Of a stretch of 64,000 bases of DNA, positions 50,007-59,482 are shown piece after piece. Origin of the DNA: Candidatus Hydrogenedentota bacterium (lineage in GTDB: Bacteria; Hydrogenedentota; Hydrogenedentia; Hydrogenedentales; SLHB01); the NCBI GenBank assembly GCA_963674865.2, contig CAXXYE010000009.1, forward strand, positions 1,760,001-1,824,000. Reading direction: 5' to 3'. A program made the position numbers and the translations under genes. Below the pieces are notes generated by a model, which was given only the letters and a program-made list of their open reading frames with translations, did not search any database and was not told where the DNA came from. Position 1 is the stretch's first letter, and each line of letters opens with the position of its first letter.

Positions 50007-50590
50007 TCAGTCGACGCTCTGGACGGCCTGCTCGTAAGAGGACGCGAGGCCGCCGGGGCGGCTCAAGACGGCGTATACATCGTCGAGGGCCACGAGCCTT
50101 CCTTGGGCAATGACGCACACTTTCCGGCAAAGGTCCTCGACATCGCCCAGACTGTGCGTAACGAGAATCAGCGTCCTTCCCTCGGACTCGTTGAGCCGCT
50201 CGCGGATGGAACGCGTCAACTCGCGCGTGGCCAAGGGGTCGAGGCTTCTGGTGGGCTCATCGAGGAGGAGTACGTCGGGCTCGGAAAGCAGGGCGCGGGC
50301 AATGGCGAGGCGCTGCTTCATGCCGGAGGAGTAGTCGGATACGCGCTTGCGCGCCGCGCCGTCCAGTCCGATGGCGTGCAGGAGCGCTTCGGCCCGTTGG
50401 TGGAGGAGCTTGGGCGGTATGTTGTCCAGTGCGCCGAAGAATTGGAGGTTCTGGAGGCCCGTCAGGCGCCAATAGAAGCTGCGTTCTTCGTTGAGAACGA
50501 AGGCGGCTTTCTGCCTGGCTTTGAGGTTGTGCGCGCGGGTATCGAAGCCGCCGATGGAGATGCGGCCTTCGGAGGGGTAGAGGAGGCCGT
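50007..50590 (-). pseudogene. 5'-truncated ABC ATP-binding gene
   Basis: GLLYPSEGRI...ERSFYWRLTG...YSSGMKQRL...LLLDEPT...LVTH present; Walker A and start absent. Confidence 0.8.
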
Positions 50591-51005
50591 GAGGGAGGCG
50601 GGATTGCAGGAGCGTGTTCGACCGGTGGGCCTCGTAGGTCATGATGAGGTATTTCAATATTACCACGCATCGGATATTCTGGTGGTTCCTTCCGTTACGG
50701 CCGCGGACGGGGATCGGGACGGCGTGCCCAACGTGATTCTCGAGGCAATGGCGGCGCGTCTGCCGGTGGTAGGCACCGCGGCGGGGGCCATTGGCGAGGC
50801 CATTCGCCACGGGATGACGGGCCTTCTTGTGCCGCCAGGGGACGCGCAGGCCCTCGCCAGAGCCGTGGCGCGTCTCTGGCGCGATGAGGTGTTGCGGGAG
50901 GCCTTGAAGGCGCGTGCCGGGGATTGGGTGGGCCACGAGTTTGATTCTGAGCGCTGGTTAACGGCATTACAGGGCTTGTTTCATGGTGCACACGATTCCC
51001 GGTAG
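50580..51005 (+). pseudogene. 5'-truncated GT4 glycosyltransferase (C-terminal domain only)
   Basis: SDILVVPSVTAADGDRDGVPNVILEAMA...TGLLVPPGD; upstream codons are antisense ABC sequence. Confidence 0.8.
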
Positions 51006-51195
51006 TGGTATGACTCACGCTGATGGCGTCATACTCTTGTCGCGAAAAGTAGGGACAGACACATCTTCTCCGCCTGAGGCGGACTGCGCTTGTGTCAGTC
51101 CCGGTTTTTCGCTTCTCTTTGGTGCTTTTTCGTCTGCGGACAAGCAACGTCAATTGTGAGTCAGAACAGTAGAAGGAAACGGCGTTTCTGAAAGC

Positions 51196-52851
51196 ATGGC
51201 CGAAGTGAAGACGGCAAATGACGACACCCCGAGGGAGCCCTCCGTAGGAACACGCATCGCGCGGGCGAGTGCGAGCGTCGCTGTTGCGCACACCTTGTTC
51301 AAGCTGCTCGGCCTGGCGCAGATCGTGGTCATCGGGCGCGTCTTTAGCACAGAGACCTATGAGGTGGTGTATGCGTTCGCCTTCGAGGGGTGCATCCTGA
51401 GCCTCTTCTTGCTGGGGGAGGAGGTCATCGGGCCGTCGTTCTTGCCGGTGTTTATGGCGGAGAAGGACACGCGGGGCGAGGGGAGCGCTTGGTCGCTTGC
51501 GAATACCGTGCTTACGCTCCAGTTTCTTGTTCTTCTGGCGACAACGCTCGCGCTCATGTTTTTCGGCGATGGGGCCGTCCGCCTGCTGACGGGATGGACG
51601 GAGGCGTCGTCTCCCGAGCGATACGCGCTGGCTCGGGAAAGCGTGGTGCTGCTCGCACCGGCGTTGGTGTTCTTGTCGCTGGGCACGACGACGTACATGC
51701 TCCTCAATGGGTACAAGCGTTTCTTTCTTGCGGCCTTGGGCGATAGTTCGTGGAAGTTGAGCGTTTTGGCTTGCGTGGCCATTGGCGCGGGCCTGTTCGG
51801 GTTTTCGTATAGGGCGCTTGTAGTGGGACTCTTGCTGGGGAGCGTGGCGAAGGTACTCACGCACGTGGTGGGGCTGTTGCCGAAACTCCGGCATGTCCGG
51901 CCGTCGTTCAACCTGCGTCATCCGGCGCTCCGGCAGATGCTCTATCTGGCGTTGCCGCTGGTGGCGGGGATCGTGTTTGCGCGGGGACGGGACGTCTTCA
52001 ACAATGTTACCGTCTTGAGCTACTTAGACACGGAGGGGCTGATCAAGGCCAACGCGTTCGGCCGCAAGATCTATGCGTCTCTTGGATGGCTGGTGCCCTA
52101 CGCGGTGTCCATCGCGATCTTCCCATTTCTCTGCGAACTTGTGGACAGGAAAGATCAAGCGCGTATTGGGGAGATCCTGACGGGGGCCGGGCGCAGGATG
52201 CTGGCCGTGTTCATCCCGTTTTCGGCGGTGTGCGCGGTGCTGGCGGGGCCTCTGGCGGCGTTCCTATTCCAGGGCGGGGCGTTTACGGCGGAGGATGCGT
52301 ACCGGACAGCGGCGGCTATCTCCTGCTATATCCTGGCATTGCCCGGTTATGCGCTCGAATACCTGATGACGCAGACGTATTATGCGCATCGCCGGATGAT
52401 CGCGGTTACCGTGATGGGCATCGCGTTCTCGATGATGTCGGTGGCCATCAGCTACGTCGGGGTGGTGGTATTCGAGGTGCATGGGCTTGCCGCGGTGTGC
52501 GTCGTAGCCTTGGGTTATGCGTTGAGCCGAACGCTCAAGTCGGTGGCGCTCGTCGCCGTGCTCAAGAGGCAGATTCCTATGTTCCCGCGGGGCGAGACGT
52601 TGTCATTTCTGCTGCGCGTGGCAGGGATGACGGCGATCATGGCGGCGGTCACGGCCATAGTCGCTTACGCCGTGGACTCATTGAGCGGGGAGCTTGCGTC
52701 AACCTCCTATCACTTGACCTCTCTGATGAAGCTTGTCGCGGGCGGCATGGCCGCGACGGCGAGTTTCTGGGTTTCAGGCAGGGTGCTGCGAGTGGACGAG
52801 CCTCGACAGATGGTGGCCTGGGCCGTAAGTCAAGTGCGGAAAAGGGTATAG
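51196..52851 (+). CDS. murJ: MurJ/MviN-like lipid flippase (MOP superfamily)
   Basis: About 13-14 TM segments, SFLPVF, AIFPFL, FLFQGGAFTAED, QTYYA; divergent, so it may be a polysaccharide flippase. Confidence 0.72.
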   Translation: MAEVKTANDDTPREPSVGTRIARASASVAVAHTLFKLLGLAQIVVIGRVFSTETYEVVYAFAFEGCILSLFLLGEEVIGPSFLPVFMAEKDTRGEGSAWSLANTVLTLQFLVLLATTLALMFFGDGAVRLLTGWTEASSPERYALARESVVLLAPALVFLSLGTTTYMLLNGYKRFFLAALGDSSWKLSVLACVAIGAGLFGFSYRALVVGLLLGSVAKVLTHVVGLLPKLRHVRPSFNLRHPALRQMLYLALPLVAGIVFARGRDVFNNVTVLSYLDTEGLIKANAFGRKIYASLGWLVPYAVSIAIFPFLCELVDRKDQARIGEILTGAGRRMLAVFIPFSAVCAVLAGPLAAFLFQGGAFTAEDAYRTAAAISCYILALPGYALEYLMTQTYYAHRRMIAVTVMGIAFSMMSVAISYVGVVVFEVHGLAAVCVVALGYALSRTLKSVALVAVLKRQIPMFPRGETLSFLLRVAGMTAIMAAVTAIVAYAVDSLSGELASTSYHLTSLMKLVAGGMAATASFWVSGRVLRVDEPRQMVAWAVSQVRKRV

Positions 52852-53039
52852 CTGCCGACGCGCGTACCTATTCTAGCGGAATCACATCATGTTCTCGGAT
52901 GTTTCTTTCATGCCTTGTCCGGAGGCTCCGGGGAGCATCGCGGCTTGGACGCCCGGAGCAGCAGTTCCTTAACGGTGCTATACTGAGCTTATAGAGGTCG
53001 TGGGGTATGTCGTGAGGTCCTGAGGTAGGAGGTAGGTTC

Positions 53040-55832
53040 GTGTCGTCTGGTGAAGAGGCGCCCACGGAAGGCAAGATGGGCAGCGATTTTGGCCGCGGCG
53101 GCCGTCGGCCGGCCTTGGGGGAAGCGCGCGCGAATTCGGACGTGTGGGGAAGGAAGGCGCTGCTTACAGATGGGGAGCAGTTCCGTCTGCTCGCGGAGAG
53201 TATTCAGGACGTGTTCTGGATCAGCACGCCGGGCGTCACGGAGCAAATCTACGTCAGCCCGGTGTATGAGACGGTCTGGCAGCGGCCGCTTGCGGAGGTC
53301 CTGAACGAGCCGCGTTCTTTTGTGAAAAGCATCCATCCCGAGGATTTGGCGTCTTATAGGGACGCCATGGAGACGTATCACGCACAGGGGAATGCCTATA
53401 CGTGTGAGTACCGAATTGTGCGGCCGGACGGCTCTGTCCGCTGGATTCTTGAGCGCGGTTTTCCCGTTGCCGACGCATCGGGGCGGGTCATGTTGATGGC
53501 GGGGGTATGCACGGATGTTACGGAGCGCAAGGAAGCCGAGCGCGAACGGGATCAGATACTTTCCCTTTCTCCCGATCTGGTTTGCATTGCCGGCATGGAT
53601 GGTTTCTTCAAGTACGTGAATCCAGCGTGGGAGAAGTTCCTGGGTTACTCGACGGAGGAGTTGCTTTCGAGGCCGTTCTTGGACTTCATCCATCCCGATG
53701 ATCATGTGCGTAATGACGCCGAAGTCGTTAGCCTCTCCGAAGGGCACAAGACGGTTGATTTCGAGAACCGGTACGTCTGTAAAGACGGCTCGATCCGCCA
53801 TGTCCTCTGGACGGCCGCGCCTGTCCCGGAGAAGGAGGTGATGTATTGTATAGGGCGGGACATCACGGCGCGGAAAGAGGCTGAGGCGAGGCTATGGGAA
53901 AGTGAGGAGCGCTTTCGGCATTTGTTCTCCACGATGCCGAGCGGGGTGGCCATCTTCGAGGCGATAGACGGCGGAGAAGACTTTGTTTTTCGCGACGTGA
54001 ATGCGGCGCTGGTGAGAATTGAGCGCGTCGACAGGGGCGATGTGATCGGCCGGCGCGTTACGGAGGTGTTTCCGGGGGTGAAAGAGTTGGGGGTTTTCGA
54101 TGTTTTTCAGCGCGTGTGGCGGACGGGGCGCGCGGAGTACTTTCCGGCGGCGATCTATCACGATGAGCGGGATCCCGGCACTTGGCGGGAGAGCTGGGTC
54201 TACAAGCTGCCCAGCGGCCTCGTGGTGTCGGTATACAACGATGTCACGGAGCGTGTGCGTGCGGAGGAGGCGCTTCAAGAGCGCGAGAGTTATCTTCGTA
54301 GCCTGTTGGACACGCTCGATGACGCGGTTCTCACGGTCGAGATGCCGACAAGGAAGATCTTGTATGTGAATAGGGCTTGTACGGAAGTCTTCGGCTACTC
54401 GTTTGAGGAATTGCTCGGGCATACGACAGATGTGCTCTATCCTTCCGAGGCGGCCTTTGAGATGTATGGGCGCTCTCTCCAGGATGCTCTCAAGCGCGGC
54501 CAGGAACGGGTGCAGGGCGAGTTGGAGCTGTGCCGGAAGGATGGGGCGATATTGACGGCAGAGGTGCGTACGACCTTTCTGCCCAACCGCGGAGCGCCGA
54601 ACGCGGTGATAAGCGTGGTGCGTGACATTACGGGGCACAAACGGGAGGAGCGTGAGCGGGCGCGGCTCGAGGAGCAGTATAGGCAGGCCCAGAAGATGGA
54701 GGCCGTTGGGCAATTGACGGGGGGCGTGGCCCACGATTTCAATAACCTGCTCCAAGTGATTCAGGCAGGGACGCACGTGGCGCTGGAGGACTTGGCGGCG
54801 GAACACCCCGCTCGGGAGTCGCTCGCGGCGGTTGCTAAGGCGAGCGAGCGGGCGGCGCAGCTCGTATCGCAGCTCATGTTGTTCAGCCAGCGCAAAATCA
54901 TGCAGCCTGAGTCCCTGGACCTGAATGAGATAGTTGGGGCGCTGCTCAAGATGCTGGGCCGGGTGATCGGTGAGCACATCAGTGTGACGTGGCTTCCGGG
55001 AGAAGGCGTTGGGGCAATCCACGGTGATCGGACGATGATCGAGCAGGTGGTGATGAATTTGTGCGTGAATGCGCGCGATGCCATGGCGGAAGGAGGCAAG
55101 CTGACGATAGAGACGCGGGAGGTGGTGGTTGATGACAACTACTGTGCGACGCATCAGTGGGCGAGGCCGGGCCGCTACGTGCTGCTGAGCGTGAGTGATA
55201 GCGGATGCGGCATGGACGAGGCGACGCTGGCGCATGTGTTTGAGCCCTTCTTCACCACGAAAGAGGTCGGCAAAGGTACGGGGCTTGGGCTTGCTACGGT
55301 ATACGGTATCGTCAAACAACACGATGGGATGATCGACGCCCTTAGCGAACTGGGCGTGGGCTCCTCATTTCACGTGTACCTACCGGTGAGCGAGGCGTCG
55401 CCCGAGGCGTTGTCACACGATGCGGCGGAGCAGGCGGCAGCGGGTGGAACGGAGACGATCCTCTTGGCGGAGGATGACGGCATGGTTCGCGAGTTGGGCG
55501 CTCGAGTTCTTCGACGGGCGGGCTACACGGTCTTGTGCGCGGCAAACGGCTCCGAGGCGGTGGCGCTGTTCCGGGAACATATGGACACGGTCGCGATGGC
55601 GATTCTCGATGTGATCATGCCGGAGATGACGGGACGTGAGGCCTACGAGTGTATGCGGGAACTGCGGCCAGATCTTAAGGTTCTCTTTGCGAGCGGCTAT
55701 AGTGAAGACTCCATTGACACGAACTTCGTACTCCAAGCAGGCCTGACGCTTCTCCAGAAGCCTTTTGCGCCGAAGGCGCTGCTGGGGGCCGTGCGCGCCA
55801 TGTTGGGGCAATCGGAAGCGCAGGGGATGTGA
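53040..55832 (+). CDS. Hybrid sensor histidine kinase (four PAS domains, HisKA, HATPase, REC)
   Basis: PAS/PAC motifs, GGVAHDFNNLL, NARDAM, FEPFFTTKEVGKGTGLGL, ILLAEDD...DVIMP. Confidence 0.95.
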   Translation: MSSGEEAPTEGKMGSDFGRGGRRPALGEARANSDVWGRKALLTDGEQFRLLAESIQDVFWISTPGVTEQIYVSPVYETVWQRPLAEVLNEPRSFVKSIHPEDLASYRDAMETYHAQGNAYTCEYRIVRPDGSVRWILERGFPVADASGRVMLMAGVCTDVTERKEAERERDQILSLSPDLVCIAGMDGFFKYVNPAWEKFLGYSTEELLSRPFLDFIHPDDHVRNDAEVVSLSEGHKTVDFENRYVCKDGSIRHVLWTAAPVPEKEVMYCIGRDITARKEAEARLWESEERFRHLFSTMPSGVAIFEAIDGGEDFVFRDVNAALVRIERVDRGDVIGRRVTEVFPGVKELGVFDVFQRVWRTGRAEYFPAAIYHDERDPGTWRESWVYKLPSGLVVSVYNDVTERVRAEEALQERESYLRSLLDTLDDAVLTVEMPTRKILYVNRACTEVFGYSFEELLGHTTDVLYPSEAAFEMYGRSLQDALKRGQERVQGELELCRKDGAILTAEVRTTFLPNRGAPNAVISVVRDITGHKREERERARLEEQYRQAQKMEAVGQLTGGVAHDFNNLLQVIQAGTHVALEDLAAEHPARESLAAVAKASERAAQLVSQLMLFSQRKIMQPESLDLNEIVGALLKMLGRVIGEHISVTWLPGEGVGAIHGDRTMIEQVVMNLCVNARDAMAEGGKLTIETREVVVDDNYCATHQWARPGRYVLLSVSDSGCGMDEATLAHVFEPFFTTKEVGKGTGLGLATVYGIVKQHDGMIDALSELGVGSSFHVYLPVSEASPEALSHDAAEQAAAGGTETILLAEDDGMVRELGARVLRRAGYTVLCAANGSEAVALFREHMDTVAMAILDVIMPEMTGREAYECMRELRPDLKVLFASGYSEDSIDTNFVLQAGLTLLQKPFAPKALLGAVRAMLGQSEAQGM

Positions 55833-56106
55833 TGGGCTGGTGTGTGGCCGCGGATGAAGGCAGCAAGGCGCCGTCTTGAGCGAGTGCAGGAGGCGTGTTC
55901 AGGGCCGGTGCTGCATGAGGCGCGTGGGTTCTGTCCGATTCACAGCCTCAAGCTGAAGCTTGAACTCCAAACACGCGTTTGACAGCGGGATCGGCGTGTT
56001 GCCCTTACGGGCATGGGGCCGCAGGCCCGAATCCCGCAGCGGGTCGGGGAAGCTTTGTTGGGGCTGTGGGTTGGCGTTGGGAGGGGCACAAGGAGAGCTG
56101 GGATGA

Positions 56107-56613
56107 GCGCTGGCGCATCTCAAGTACCTGCAGGAGAACATCCCCGGATTCGAGAACGCCTTCGTGGTGTCGCAGCATCACTTGGGCGTGCGCGAGACGC
56201 GGCGGATCGTGGGCGATTACACTCTCACTATGTGCGATCTCGAGCGCCAGGCGCGGTTCGACGATGTGGTGGCTCTGAATTGCCGGGGGCTGGATTACCA
56301 TCTGAAGGGCACGGTGTTCCGATTCACGCCCGTGAAAGGGCATCACGATATTCCGCTGCGGGCCTTGCTGCCGCAGTGCGTGGAGAATCTGGTGGTGGCG
56401 GGCAGGGCGATCTCGTGCGTTCACTTGTCGCACGCCTCGCTTCGCTTCGCGGCGACGTGCATGGCCACGGGCCACGCGGCCGGCGTGGCGGCCGCACTGG
56501 CCGCAAGGGATGCGAAGGAGATGCGTGAAGTGAATGTCAGCCGCCTACAGAAGGCTCTGTTGGAACAGGACGCCGTGCTGGGCATCGGTGAACGGGCGAA
56601 GACGTTCGGGTGA
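56107..56613 (+). pseudogene. C-terminal fragment of an FAD-dependent oxidoreductase
   Basis: IPGFENA...GVRETRRIVGDY...IPLRALLP...NLVVAGRAIS...CMATGHAAG; in-frame TGA at 56104 and no GxGxxG N-terminus. Confidence 0.78.
56576..56611 (+). repeat. Left 36-bp direct repeat of the dcm/vsr cassette
   Basis: TGCTGGGCATCGGTGAACGGGCGAAGACGTTCGGGT; 35/36 match to 59434..59469. Confidence 0.9.
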
Positions 56614-56743
56614 GGGTGCTGTCAGGCAGGCTATACTGGACTACAGGGAGGAAGGAAGCCACACTTCGTGGGCTATTGCGAGCTGTCAGTGAACGGGATA
56701 CGGGTTTTCTGAAATTGCGCTTCCTGTGTGTTAGTATTTCTTC

Positions 56744-57958
56744 ATGGGCATTTCTCAGCAGGAAACAAGAATCCCTCTCCGCGGGAAGAGGTCCGTAGAG
56801 AGGTCGTTTGCGGAGTTTTTCGCAGGAATCGGCCTCATGCGACTGGGGCTTGAGGCCGCTGGCTGGCAGATAGCGTTTGCAAATGACATCGCCGAGGACA
56901 AGTATGCGATGTACGCCGCACACTTCCCGCGCGCAAGAGCCCATTTTCGCTTGGAGGACATTCACCTCTTACGAGCTGATGACGTACCAGACGTGACGTT
57001 GGCGACAGCCTCCTTTCCATGCAACGATCTCTCGCTTGCCGGAGCGCGAAGAGGACTTGGCGGAAAGCACTCGTCTGCGTATTGGGGCTTCGTAAGGATC
57101 TTGGAGGAGATGGGAGACAGGCGGCCGGCCATGGTGCTGCTGGAGAACGTTGCTGGATTCCTAACGTCTCACGGGGGGAGAGACTTCCAAGCGGCATTAC
57201 TCGCCCTCAACCGTCTCGGATACTCTGTCGATGCTTTGGTCCTCGATGCTGCGCGATTCGTGCCGCAGAGCAGGGTGCGCCTATTCGTGATCGGTTCCCT
57301 TCAAAACGGCCATGGCGCCTGGGAATGTCGGGAGACGAGGGACTTCTACCAAGATGCCCTTAGGCCGCGGGCCTTGGCGGAGTTCATCTTCGGCCATCCA
57401 GAGATTGCGTGGCAGTTAAGGCAATTGCCAGAACCACCAAAGCGAACCAAGGGGCTCGAAGACGTGTTGGAGGAGTTGCCCGAGGAGTCGCCATTTTGGT
57501 GGAGTGAGGAGAGAACGGACTATCTTCTAGGCCAGATGAGCCCGAGGCACGCTGCAGAGCTTCGAAGAATGATGAAGAAGCGGGAAACGACATATGGGAC
57601 TGTCTTCCGACGGGTGCGAAATGGGCGTTCGATGGCCGAACTGAGGAACGACGGTGTTGCCGGATGTTTGCGGACACCACGCGGGGGCAGCGGTCGTCAG
57701 ATCCTGTTGCAGACGGGCCATAGCAGGGTGCGGGCAAGGCTTCTGACACCACGGGAGTGTGCGCGCCTGATGGGGGCTGACGACTATGAGATACAGACTT
57801 CGCTCAATAAGGCTCTGTTTGGCTTTGGCGATGCCGTCTGTGTTCCGGCTATTACTTGGATCGCCGAAAACTACTTGAATCCGTTGCTGGAAGAGGTTTC
57901 TGGCAAGGGGCGGAACGCGAACTCTCCCGACTTGGTGAAACTGGAGGTGCGTACGTGA
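56744..57958 (+). CDS. dcm: DNA (cytosine-5)-methyltransferase
   Basis: FFAGIG (motif I), FPCNDLS (IV), ENV (VI), PQSRVR (VIII), LTPRECARL (IX), GDAVC (X). Confidence 0.95.
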   Translation: MGISQQETRIPLRGKRSVERSFAEFFAGIGLMRLGLEAAGWQIAFANDIAEDKYAMYAAHFPRARAHFRLEDIHLLRADDVPDVTLATASFPCNDLSLAGARRGLGGKHSSAYWGFVRILEEMGDRRPAMVLLENVAGFLTSHGGRDFQAALLALNRLGYSVDALVLDAARFVPQSRVRLFVIGSLQNGHGAWECRETRDFYQDALRPRALAEFIFGHPEIAWQLRQLPEPPKRTKGLEDVLEELPEESPFWWSEERTDYLLGQMSPRHAAELRRMMKKRETTYGTVFRRVRNGRSMAELRNDGVAGCLRTPRGGSGRQILLQTGHSRVRARLLTPRECARLMGADDYEIQTSLNKALFGFGDAVCVPAITWIAENYLNPLLEEVSGKGRNANSPDLVKLEVRT

Positions 57959-58881
57959 GCATTGAGTCACGCCTTGAAGCGTTTGCCGAGGAATTCCGAA
58001 TGACGGGGAAAGGACCGCTTTCCGTAGCGCTTGTGCTTACGCGGTCCGCCAGTAAGGTCAGTCCTCCCTACAATGAGTCAATGTTCCTGACGAAGGGAGG
58101 AGGTCAGGTCAAAGGATGTGGACGCGGCGCGGCCCAGGCGGTCTTGGCTGATCACGGGATCTCACGTGTGCTGGCCGAGGAAGGAGGGAGAACAAGCAGG
58201 GGCAGCATAGAACGCATGCGGGGCTACATCGCGCTTCTAAATGAAATGCACAGCCGGAGAGAACTGGACTTTAGGGCCATCGAGTTGTGGTGGATCGAGC
58301 GGGTCAAAGAGTTCTTCGCGTCGGCGCCGTTGAAGGTTAGAGTAGATGCTTCGAAATCCCTGCGGCACATAATCGCGGAACTTATCAAAGCGGCCTTCGC
58401 CCGGCAAGAGGAGTGCCCAGGCGTGATGGTCGCCGGTGCGGTTCTGCAGCATCTTGTTGGGGCAAAGCTGACGGTTGCCCTTCCGGATGTCCGACTCCGG
58501 CACGAGGGATTCGCTGTGGCCGATTCGCCTGGGCGGAGGAAGGGCGACTTCCTTGTCCACGACACAGTAGTCCATGTTACAACTGTGCCGACCGAGGGCC
58601 TAGTGCAGAAGTGCTGCAAGAACTTGGAAGAGAACCTGAGGCCCATTATCGTCACCATTGAAGACGCTACTGGAAGCGCGAAGGTCTTGGCCAGAAATGC
58701 CGGAGTAGAAGAACGCATTGATGTGCTTGAAATAGAGCAATTCATAGCAACGAACGTTTATGAATGGAGTCTCTTTCAGCACCGTAATCGACCAACGTCG
58801 ATCGCAGAGTTGATAAAGGCCTACAACGCGATAGTCGATCAATGCGAGACGGATCCGAGTTTGCGAATAGACATCGGATGA
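57955..58881 (+). CDS. DUF4928-like protein, putative restriction endonuclease partner
   Basis: KGPLSVALV, GGQVKG, LAEEGGRTSRGS, VLQHLVGAKL, GDF...HVT; GTG start overlaps the dcm stop. Confidence 0.75.
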   Translation: MSIESRLEAFAEEFRMTGKGPLSVALVLTRSASKVSPPYNESMFLTKGGGQVKGCGRGAAQAVLADHGISRVLAEEGGRTSRGSIERMRGYIALLNEMHSRRELDFRAIELWWIERVKEFFASAPLKVRVDASKSLRHIIAELIKAAFARQEECPGVMVAGAVLQHLVGAKLTVALPDVRLRHEGFAVADSPGRRKGDFLVHDTVVHVTTVPTEGLVQKCCKNLEENLRPIIVTIEDATGSAKVLARNAGVEERIDVLEIEQFIATNVYEWSLFQHRNRPTSIAELIKAYNAIVDQCETDPSLRIDIG

Positions 58882-58885
58882 ACAG

Positions 58886-59347
58886 GTGGATACCTTCACC
58901 TCGGAAGAGCGCAGTCAGATCATGCGCCGTGTTCACTCAGCGAATACCACACCAGAGACTAAGGTGCGTTCAATCCTGCACCGTCTTGGATACAGATTCC
59001 GGCTTCAGCGAAAGGACCTGCCAGGAACGCCCGATATAGTCCTGCCGAAGCACAGTGTGGCGATCTTCGTGCACGGCTGCTTCTGGCATCGTCATCGGAA
59101 CTGCAAGCGTGCGACAACGCCAGTTTCCAATCGCGAGTACTGGTTGCCGAAATTTGCCCGCACAGTGTCTCGTGACAAGAGGAACCAAAAGGAACTCCGG
59201 CAGTTGGGTTGGACGGTAGTCGTTGTTTGGGAATGTGAACTAAGAGATATCGAGGGCCTGAAGAGACGCCTGCGAGCCGAAATACACAACACTCTGGGTA
59301 AGGAGGGAAGTCCAAGAGGAGGTGCCATGAGAGGAGACGGTACGTAG
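58886..59347 (+). CDS. vsr: Very short patch repair endonuclease
   Basis: RSQIMRRV...TTPE, LPGTPDI, FVHGCFWH, VWECE. Confidence 0.95.
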   Translation: MDTFTSEERSQIMRRVHSANTTPETKVRSILHRLGYRFRLQRKDLPGTPDIVLPKHSVAIFVHGCFWHRHRNCKRATTPVSNREYWLPKFARTVSRDKRNQKELRQLGWTVVVVWECELRDIEGLKRRLRAEIHNTLGKEGSPRGGAMRGDGT

Positions 59348-59433
59348 CGAGAAGAGTGAGGATTCGGGAGGGGAGTACTGCCCATGCGGGGCATGGCCGA
59401 CAATATGATGTGTGTCCAGGGCGACGTTGGCCA

Positions 59434-59469
59434 TGCTGGGGATCGGTGAACGGGCGAAGACGTTCGGGT
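59434..59469 (+). repeat. Right 36-bp direct repeat of the dcm/vsr cassette
   Basis: TGCTGGGGATCGGTGAACGGGCGAAGACGTTCGGGT. Confidence 0.9.
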
Positions 59470-59482
59470 AGGGGCCGGGATT

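Noticed and set aside
50007..51005. ORFs 50007..50936(-) and 50103..51005(+) as intact overlapping genes
   Set aside because: Each is half genuine gene fragment and half antisense of the other fragment.
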